Source of the DNA: Lachnospiraceae bacterium
GTDB taxonomy: Bacteria; Bacillota; Clostridia; Lachnospirales; Lachnospiraceae
Length of the DNA stretch: 64,000 nucleotides
Assembly: GCA_016281605.1 (NCBI GenBank)
Contig: JAEEJA010000037.1
Location: 985-64,984 of the forward strand
Direction of reading: 5' to 3'
A program made the translations under genes and the position numbers. The stretch's first letter is position 1; every line of letters starts with the position of its first letter. The notes under the pieces are model-generated. The model made no database searches and had not been told where the DNA came from. It was given only the letters and a program-made list of their open reading frames with translations. Shown here in pieces: positions 1 through 6,643 of this stretch.

Positions 1-170
1 AGAATCTGTGATTTAGGATGGTTCACCCCCGCCAGTGGTTACTTCAAAACCATCACTTTTAAGAAAAATTGTAATTTTGACGGTTCCACTCCCGCCGGCG
101 CCCCCCTCAGAGCCTACCATTTTCATGATTGTGACGATTTTGACGGTTCCGCATCTATTCTTACCTCTTC
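1..170. repeat. Intergenic repeat element, copy 1 (cut by window edge), related to 24744-24941
   Basis: nt 1-30 (agaatctgtgatttaggatggttcaccccc) is the reverse complement, at about 80% identity, of 24744-24775. nt 45-70 similarly matches 24771-24799. An internal direct repeat attttgacggttcc sits at 74-87 and 137-150, a 63-bp period that is also seen in the other copy. The element has G/C-rich patches in AT-rich DNA. Confidence 0.6.
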
Positions 171-821
171 AATTTCAGAAGAAAAAACTTCATACCTCGA
201 ACAAACACAGATCTTATATGATTTATAATCAAAACGAGTAAAGAAAGCTTCGGAGCAATCAAAACCTTTACAAAAGGTAAGCTTTGAATTTTCAAGATCA
301 ATGGAAATATCTTTAGGAGAGATCAAAAGTCCTTTTCCAACGTGCTTCATTAGACTTTCCTTCATAGTCCAAAGGGAAGTAAGAGTTTCATCAGGGTTTA
401 AATCTATATTTATATAATTAGACTCGATATACTTTAACTCACTATCATTGCAGATATACTTGATTACTGGTTTTTTAAAATTTCGAACTTCTTCAATATC
501 AACACCAACTTCTTCATCTGATACTGCACAAACTGCTATCTCTCCGGCATGAGACAAATTAAAGTGAATATCTGTATAATCACTAAGAAATGCTTTTCCT
601 GTTTCTGTGTAATCTATATTTACTTTATGGATACCAATTTTCTCCAAACTTTTATATAGAAGTATACCGGCAGCAAGAGAAAGAAGCTTATCCTTTTCAA
701 AGCAATAAGAATCAATTTTTTTCTTGCGGTCTGTAGACATCTTAGAGTACCAATATTCAAATGTTTCCTGTTGTTTAAGATTATTAACATCAAATAAAAA
801 TAAATGATTCCTTATTGGCAT
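123..821 (-). CDS. 4'-phosphopantetheinyl transferase, Sfp type
   Basis: 232-aa ORF. It has the FNLSHAGEIAVCAV and VGVDIEEV motifs typical of Sfp/EntD-family PPTases. A GGAGGA RBS lies just upstream of the ATG at 821. Confidence 0.85.
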   Translation of the reverse strand: MPIRNHLFLFDVNNLKQQETFEYWYSKMSTDRKKKIDSYCFEKDKLLSLAAGILLYKSLEKIGIHKVNIDYTETGKAFLSDYTDIHFNLSHAGEIAVCAVSDEEVGVDIEEVRNFKKPVIKYICNDSELKYIESNYINIDLNPDETLTSLWTMKESLMKHVGKGLLISPKDISIDLENSKLTFCKGFDCSEAFFTRFDYKSYKICVCSRYEVFSSEIEEVRIDAEPSKSSQS

Positions 822-927
822 TATATCCTCCGATTAATGAAAAAATTTCTTCTCTCAAAAAATATACAACCTTATAAAACACTCGTCAAGAGTAAAAGGA
901 TCTGAGTTACAGTAGTCCTTATTTATG

Positions 928-955
928 TTGTGTATTTTGCACATTATGATATAAT
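928..955 (+). promoter_or_regulatory. Sigma-A-type promoter for the folate operon
   Basis: -35 TTGTGT (928-933), 16-nt spacer, extended -10 TGaTATAAT (TATAAT at 950-955). It lies about 40 nt upstream of the first plus-strand ORF. Confidence 0.55.
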
Positions 956-993
956 AATCATGAGATAAAACAATGTCCTAAGGAGATTGAGTG

Positions 994-1269
994 ATGAATA
1001 AGAACGAAAAAAAGGATAGGTCACCATGGTGGTGGCTTCTGGGATTTCCTATTGTTGATATTTTATCCGTTTTGATATTCATACTTGGAACGATTCTTGA
1101 CAGCAGGCTTTATGAAAATGCCAACGGATATGGACATCCGGCACCGGTGTTCACCTTATTGTTTTCATTTGGTGCTGTGGTTTTTTTTGCTATCGGAAAT
1201 TTGGTTGTTCTTATTATTCTTATAATAGCAGTAGTCAGGGCAGGTAAAAATCGAAAAGAACAATCCTGA
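994..1269 (+). CDS. Small integral membrane protein, two predicted TM helices, unknown function
   Basis: ORF 991-1269. The ATG at 994 is preceded by AAGGAG. Hydrophobic segments WWWLLGFPIVDILSVLIFILGTIL and VFTLLFSFGAVVFFAIGNLVVLIILIIAVV. Confidence 0.5.
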   Translation: MNKNEKKDRSPWWWLLGFPIVDILSVLIFILGTILDSRLYENANGYGHPAPVFTLLFSFGAVVFFAIGNLVVLIILIIAVVRAGKNRKEQS

Positions 1270-1300
1270 AGCAGTATCGGATATATCAATAAAACGAAAG

Positions 1301-1798
1301 ATGATAAAAAATATGAAACTTGATATAACAAACCAAATTCGAAATAATCAAATCTATATGGATTATTATCAGGAATTAAAGCAACTTGAAAAGGATAGAA
1401 TATATTGTAAGCACGACTTTGACCACTTTCTGGATGTGGCTAGAATTACTGTACTTTTGGCAAGTAAGAATAATATAGATATGGACGAAGATATTATTTA
1501 TGCTGCCGCCCTTCTTCACGACATGGGGCGAATAGCCGAGTATAAGGATGGTACGCCTCACCATATAGCAAGCTGTGATATAGCTAAGGAAGTTTTAGAA
1601 TACATAGCTTGTGACGATGAAAAAAAGGAGGTTATTATATCTCTTATCAGATGTCATAGAAATCCGGAAAATCCACCGGGGTCCTTGCAGTTCTTTTTCA
1701 GAAATGCAGATAAGATTTCCAGAAAGTGTTACGCATGCGATGTGATAGATAAGTGCAACTGGCCTGACGAAAAGAAAAATTTGGATATAAAAATGTAA
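1301..1798 (+). CDS. HD-domain metal-dependent phosphohydrolase
   Basis: 165 aa with H...HD signature (HFLDVARI ... LLHDMGR). It sits immediately upstream of folP in the same orientation. Confidence 0.75.
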   Translation: MIKNMKLDITNQIRNNQIYMDYYQELKQLEKDRIYCKHDFDHFLDVARITVLLASKNNIDMDEDIIYAAALLHDMGRIAEYKDGTPHHIASCDIAKEVLEYIACDDEKKEVIISLIRCHRNPENPPGSLQFFFRNADKISRKCYACDVIDKCNWPDEKKNLDIKM

Positions 1799-1826
1799 TT
1801 TTATTATCAAAGAGGTAATAGATATT

Positions 1827-2636
1827 ATGAGAATTGGAAATAAAGAATTTGATCTTATGAATAACTGCTATATTATGGGAATACTTAATGTTACTCCAGA
1901 TTCATTTTCGGATGGAGGCAAGCATTTTACTTTATCGGATGCGATGAAAGCGGTTGAAAAAATGATACGGGATGGTGCAGACTTTATCGATATAGGTGGA
2001 GAGTCCACAAGGCCGGGATTTACTAAGATTTCAGATCAGGAAGAGATAGAACGGGTGCTACCGGTTATTGAAAAGGTTAAGAGCGAGTTTGATGTAAGCA
2101 TCTCCTTGGATACATATAAGTATAAGGTTGCAGCTGAGGGAATAAAGGCTGGAATTGATATAGTAAATGATATATGGGGTCTAAAGTATGATAATGGAGA
2201 GATGGCACGGCTTGTAGCAGAGAATAATATCCCTTATATCCTCATGCATAACAGAAAGAATGATAATTACAAAGATTTCTTTAAGGATTATATATCTGAT
2301 TTTGAAGAGAGTCTTAGGATAGCAGAGGACGCCGATATTCAGAAAGATAAGATTATACTCGATCCGGGTGTTGGGTTTGCAAAGAATGTAGAGAAGAACT
2401 TAGAGGTTATAAGAAGAATTGATGAGCTAAAGGAGAGGTTTAATCTACCGGTACTTCTCGGAACTTCCAATAAGTCGGTTATCGGACTTACCCTGAATCT
2501 ACCCGTGGAAGATCGACTTGAAGGAACTCTTTCTACAAGTGTAGTGGGAGTTATGAAAGGTGCATGTATACTGAGGGTTCACGATGTAAGAGCTAATAAG
2601 CGCGCTATGGATATGACCAAAGCTATTATGTCTTGA
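1827..2636 (+). CDS. folP: Dihydropteroate synthase
   Basis: 269 aa. Pterin-binding motifs ILNVTPDSFSDGG, IDIGGESTRPG, DPGVGFAK, RVHDV. Confidence 0.95.
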   Translation: MRIGNKEFDLMNNCYIMGILNVTPDSFSDGGKHFTLSDAMKAVEKMIRDGADFIDIGGESTRPGFTKISDQEEIERVLPVIEKVKSEFDVSISLDTYKYKVAAEGIKAGIDIVNDIWGLKYDNGEMARLVAENNIPYILMHNRKNDNYKDFFKDYISDFEESLRIAEDADIQKDKIILDPGVGFAKNVEKNLEVIRRIDELKERFNLPVLLGTSNKSVIGLTLNLPVEDRLEGTLSTSVVGVMKGACILRVHDVRANKRAMDMTKAIMS

Positions 2637-2775
2637 TTCTCTTCCTTTTACACATATCCTTTATATGCAATTGGTTTTATCAGGAATAACTCGCAGAAAA
2701 ATGATGTACCAACTGTTGAAGTAAACAACCTTAAGGTACATGAGTAAACTACACTATTTATTAGGAGGCAGTGCC

Positions 2776-3603
2776 TTGAATACAGAAGATAAGATAATAA
2801 TCGAAGAACTAAAAATATATGCATACCACGGTGTGCTTGAAGAAGAAAAGCAATTTGGGCAGGAGTTTGTAGTTAATGCTTGTCTTTACTTAAGTTTAGA
2901 AAAAGCAGGGTTAACGGACGACCTAAATGAAACTGTGAATTACGCTGAAGTTTGTGCTCAGATAGAAAAGAGTATGACTTCGAATAAGCATGATCTTATA
3001 GAAAAAGTTGCTCAAAAAACAGCTGTTGATATCATGAACAAATTTCCGATGATTGATGCAATTGATCTTGAGATCAGAAAGCCGAAAGCACCTATAGATA
3101 TGAAGTTTGGCTGTGTTAGTGTGAAGATACACAGAGGTTGGAAAAAATCAGTTATTTCTATCGGCTCTAACATGGGAGATTCGTCAAAAATAATAGAAAA
3201 TGCTTATAAAAAAATCAAAAATGAAAAGATGATAAGAAATGTTACCATGTCATCTATAATAAAAACCAAGCCTTACGGATATACAGAGCAGGATGATTTT
3301 CTAAATGGCATTATAGTATTGGATACATTGTATTCTCCGTACGGCCTTTTGGATTTTCTTCATACACTTGAACAGGATGCAGGACGTGAGAGATTGATTC
3401 ACTGGGGACCAAGGACTCTTGATTTGGACATAGTCTTTTTTGGTGACATGATAATTAATGATGTAGATTTAATAGTACCCCATCCGGATATGCATAATCG
3501 TGAATTTGTATTAAAGCCGCTGTGTGAAGTTGAACCTCGGTATATGCATCCGATTTTCAAAAAGACAGCTTCTGAATTGTTGAGTGAGTTGACTCAGTCG
3601 TAG
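2776..3603 (+). CDS. folB-folK: Bifunctional dihydroneopterin aldolase / 6-hydroxymethyl-dihydropterin pyrophosphokinase
   Basis: The N-terminal half matches FolB (IIIEELKIYAYHGVLEEEKQFGQEFVV). The C-terminal half matches FolK (ISIGSNMGD..., GPRTLDLDIV, PHPDMHNREFVL). The ORF track starts at 2740, but the in-frame TTG at 2776 has an AGGAGG RBS 7 nt upstream. Confidence 0.9.
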   Translation: MNTEDKIIIEELKIYAYHGVLEEEKQFGQEFVVNACLYLSLEKAGLTDDLNETVNYAEVCAQIEKSMTSNKHDLIEKVAQKTAVDIMNKFPMIDAIDLEIRKPKAPIDMKFGCVSVKIHRGWKKSVISIGSNMGDSSKIIENAYKKIKNEKMIRNVTMSSIIKTKPYGYTEQDDFLNGIIVLDTLYSPYGLLDFLHTLEQDAGRERLIHWGPRTLDLDIVFFGDMIINDVDLIVPHPDMHNREFVLKPLCEVEPRYMHPIFKKTASELLSELTQS

Positions 3604-3666
3604 AAATTACTGCCTACAAGCTAGTGCGGAGATGGAAATCTTGACAAAAATTAACATGGAGATATT

Positions 3667-4335
3667 ATGATAAATATTATAGCTGCTGTAGCATCGAACG
3701 GTGTTATTGGAAATAAGGGAGGTATTCCTTGGAATATACCTGAGGATATGAATTTTTTTAAAGAGAAAACCCTCGGACATGTGGTTATCATGGGGAGAAA
3801 GACATATGAAAGTATAGGAAAGCCGCTGTCGGAGCGGCTTAATATTGTCATAACAAGAGATGAAAAGCTACTTAAGAATAGTGAGGCAGTGAAGCAAAAT
3901 ATAATTGTGCAGGCAACGGAAGAGCACTATAATAATGAGCACTATAATAAAAAAGCTTCTCTTACGTTTCCTGTGTATGTAGGAAGTGTAGAAGAAGCTT
4001 TAAATGTAGCAAAAGCTTATATTAAGACTGACCCAAATACTGATAAAAACAGCATTAATTCGGATAATAAATCTTTTATAGATAACGATATTAATAATAA
4101 CGATATTAATAATAACAATACTAATAATAAAGAAATATTTTTTATAGGGGGCCAGAGTGTATACAGTGAAGCCATTAACTACGCTGACAAGCTTATACTT
4201 ACCAGGCTCTATGACCCCTATCCCGGTGATACTTACTTTCCTGATTTCGATGAAAGCTTATATATAATCGAATATCAGGAAAAGCGAGATGATCTAAGGT
4301 TGGAATTTCGTATATACAAGAGGATATCAAAGTAA
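3667..4335 (+). CDS. folA: Dihydrofolate reductase with two internal insertions
   Basis: 222 aa. DHFR motifs IIAAVASNGVIGNKGGIPW, VIMGRKTYESIG, FFIGGQSVY, LTRL...GDTYFPDF. It carries about 60 extra residues, including an Asn-rich tract. Confidence 0.9.
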   Translation: MINIIAAVASNGVIGNKGGIPWNIPEDMNFFKEKTLGHVVIMGRKTYESIGKPLSERLNIVITRDEKLLKNSEAVKQNIIVQATEEHYNNEHYNKKASLTFPVYVGSVEEALNVAKAYIKTDPNTDKNSINSDNKSFIDNDINNNDINNNNTNNKEIFFIGGQSVYSEAINYADKLILTRLYDPYPGDTYFPDFDESLYIIEYQEKRDDLRLEFRIYKRISK

Positions 4336-4410
4336 TAACCAATTGATAACCCTACTGTATATATATTTGAACAATCTAAAAAAGAATATTTACTTAATTT
4401 TACAATTATT

Positions 4411-6036
4411 TTACGATTCTTCGGATTTATCATTAACCACAAGAGTAGCGGAACCATAAGCCTTGATAGGTTTTCCGTTTTCATCAAACTCTGTAGTGTA
4501 GCGAACATGGAATGGGACTCTTCCTGCGGTAAGGGGCATGATAGCATCCAAGCTTTCTACGCCATTTGCAATCTGGTCATGCCAGTCTCTGTACATATCT
4601 GCGTAGTCCGGTTGGAATAATCCCGATGCTATAACCGGCTCCGGATAATCTTCGATTACAGGCGGAAGACCTAAGTCCCTCATACATCTAAAGCATGGGC
4701 GCATCTGCTTGGTAGCAATCGTGTATTCCCATGCATATATATTGGCGTGTTCAAAGGCATGCTCAAGCTTAACTTCATTATCATAGATAGAATTAAAGTG
4801 ATGCTTTTCTTTTGTTATATTCTGTACCATGGCGTAGAATAGGTACTGATTATCAGCGTAACCTATTAGCCTGATAAAGCTTCTTACACAGATGGTATCG
4901 TCACCGCAGCACTTTGAAGATATATTTCTCCATGTTTCACAGGTCTCCTCAGATCTGGATTCTATAGCTTTTTTTAGGGTGTCTTCATAAATCTTTTTAT
5001 TACTTTCATCCAGACAATCCCAAGGGTTTGACTTAAGTATATCCGTTTCATCTAAATTCATGCCGATTTCTGTGATGTATTTATCATTATAGCGATTAAT
5101 CTCTATCTCACCATCCTCATAGGAAAATATAACGGCACCGCCCACATAGTTATTAAATATAAGTGTTTCCATGGAAATAGGATCCCAGAACTTACCTGCA
5201 TCCAAAGTATCAATAAGGTGTAGTGATGTCTTAAGAGGTTCGTGATAAAGCTTCTTAAGTGCCTCTACGAATTCATCTTCAGGCAAAGGCCTAAAGTAAA
5301 GGTAACCCTGAACATAGATACAACCGAGACTCTTCATAAAGTCTGCAAGTTCTAAGGTTTCCACACCCTCCGCAATTATAGTGGTATCAAGCCACTTTGC
5401 CATCTGAATAACCGTACTTATGATAACACCGCCTCTTCCTCCTATGTTACCCCTGAGGAAGTTCATATCAAGCTTGATTATATCAACATTTAAGTCCTTC
5501 AGCACATTTAGGGAAGAGTAACCGCTTCCAAAGTCATCCATTTCCACCAGATAGCCGTAGGAGTGAAGTTTGTCCATAACACTTTTTACAAGCTGTATGC
5601 CTCCGATAGCTGAGGATTCTGTTATCTCTACCTGAAACATCTTTACAGGAACACCGTACTTAAGGCGGATTTCCTCAAGTTCTGCAGGGTAATCATATCC
5701 GTAAAAATCGTAACGAGACATATTTACGGATATGGGCACAACTGTAAGACCCGCATCCATCTGATTCTTTTGAAATTTACAAACTTCCTCAAATACAAAC
5801 AAATCCGCATCGTGTATGAGATTATTTTCCTCTAAAACAGGCACAAAGTCTATAGGAAGCTGCATACCAAACTCAGGATCAATCCAACGAAGAAGCGCTT
5901 CAGCACCGATTATCTTACCGGTAGCGTGATTTACCTGAGGTTGATAAAAAACTTTGAGATATCTATTACTTAATGCGGCTTGAAAATTGTTCAACAGTTC
6001 GTCTCTACTCATTCTTTTTTCCATACCAATCTCCAT
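4411..6036 (-). CDS. EAL-domain c-di-GMP phosphodiesterase with a C-terminal PAS-like sensor region
   Basis: 541 aa. The EAL domain is at the N-terminus (GAEALLRW, EITES, DDFGSGYSSL, KLDMNF, EGVET, QGYLY). The last 280 aa or so are not EAL. The likely true start is the ATG at 6024, with a GGAGA RBS formed by the first ATG region. Confidence 0.85.
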   Translation of the reverse strand: MEIGMEKRMSRDELLNNFQAALSNRYLKVFYQPQVNHATGKIIGAEALLRWIDPEFGMQLPIDFVPVLEENNLIHDADLFVFEEVCKFQKNQMDAGLTVVPISVNMSRYDFYGYDYPAELEEIRLKYGVPVKMFQVEITESSAIGGIQLVKSVMDKLHSYGYLVEMDDFGSGYSSLNVLKDLNVDIIKLDMNFLRGNIGGRGGVIISTVIQMAKWLDTTIIAEGVETLELADFMKSLGCIYVQGYLYFRPLPEDEFVEALKKLYHEPLKTSLHLIDTLDAGKFWDPISMETLIFNNYVGGAVIFSYEDGEIEINRYNDKYITEIGMNLDETDILKSNPWDCLDESNKKIYEDTLKKAIESRSEETCETWRNISSKCCGDDTICVRSFIRLIGYADNQYLFYAMVQNITKEKHHFNSIYDNEVKLEHAFEHANIYAWEYTIATKQMRPCFRCMRDLGLPPVIEDYPEPVIASGLFQPDYADMYRDWHDQIANGVESLDAIMPLTAGRVPFHVRYTTEFDENGKPIKAYGSATLVVNDKSEES

Positions 6037-6124
6037 TTCTAATAATACTGCATAATATCCGCTCCAATTAATAAGATGATAACATTATTTACAGGATATT
6101 TCAATTAGTTTTTACCCCAGCTTC

Positions 6125-6170
6125 AAGAAATATCCCACCTTAAGATAAAGCGTAGATGGAGGTATTGACA
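6125..6170 (+). repeat. Conserved ~45-nt intergenic motif, copy A
   Basis: aagaaatatcccaccttaagataaagcgtagatggaggtattgaca aligns with 56697-56742 and 30438-30483. The core is TAAGnTnAAGCGTAG...TTGAyA. Confidence 0.55.
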
Positions 6171-6194
6171 AGCGAGTCTTGACAAGCGAGTCTT
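6167..6194 (+). repeat. Perfect 14-bp tandem duplication (gacaagcgagtctt x2) carrying the recurrent AGCGAGTCTTGA word
   Basis: Read directly: 6167-6180 is identical to 6181-6194. The same 12-mer also occurs at 39564-39575 and 39725-39736. Confidence 0.9.
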
Positions 6195-6643
6195 AATCTG
6201 AGTAAAAACACCTTAAAAATTAAATCAAAATCACTTCACACAAGTTTTTATCGGATTTAAAGATTATTTCAATGCGAATTCAGGATGAAAAAACATTTTT
6301 ATAGTATATTGATTTTTTTATTCGTTCCCAAATTTTTAAAAAAATAATTAGCCTTATTTCAATAGGGGTTTTCATAAAATCTTAAGAAATGTCTAAAATA
6401 CAGGCTTTTTCTGTGTTTTACTCTGGAGAAATGGAGGGGGAGTAAGGAGAATTATGGAGAAAAGTTTATAGTATCATAATACATAAGTATTTCGTTTTTG
6501 CAAAAACCATAACAATTTAACAGTTTATTTGACGTTGTTTTCGTAGTATTTTTTAAGCATTTTATAAGGTTTTTTATAGGTTTTTTGTATTTTTGTATGA
6601 AAATTCTACGATAAATAGCGTTAAATAACAACGAAAGGAGAGT

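Noticed and set aside
822-990. THF riboswitch upstream of the folate operon
   Set aside because: I looked for the conserved THF-riboswitch core and pseudoknot. Only a simple promoter and one short hairpin (aagga...tcctt) are present.
6037-6643. c-di-GMP riboswitch (GEMM-I/II) in front of the giant adhesin gene
   Set aside because: The region is extremely AT-rich and lacks the GGCAAACC/ACGCAAAGCC-type conserved cores. There is no convincing multi-stem structure.
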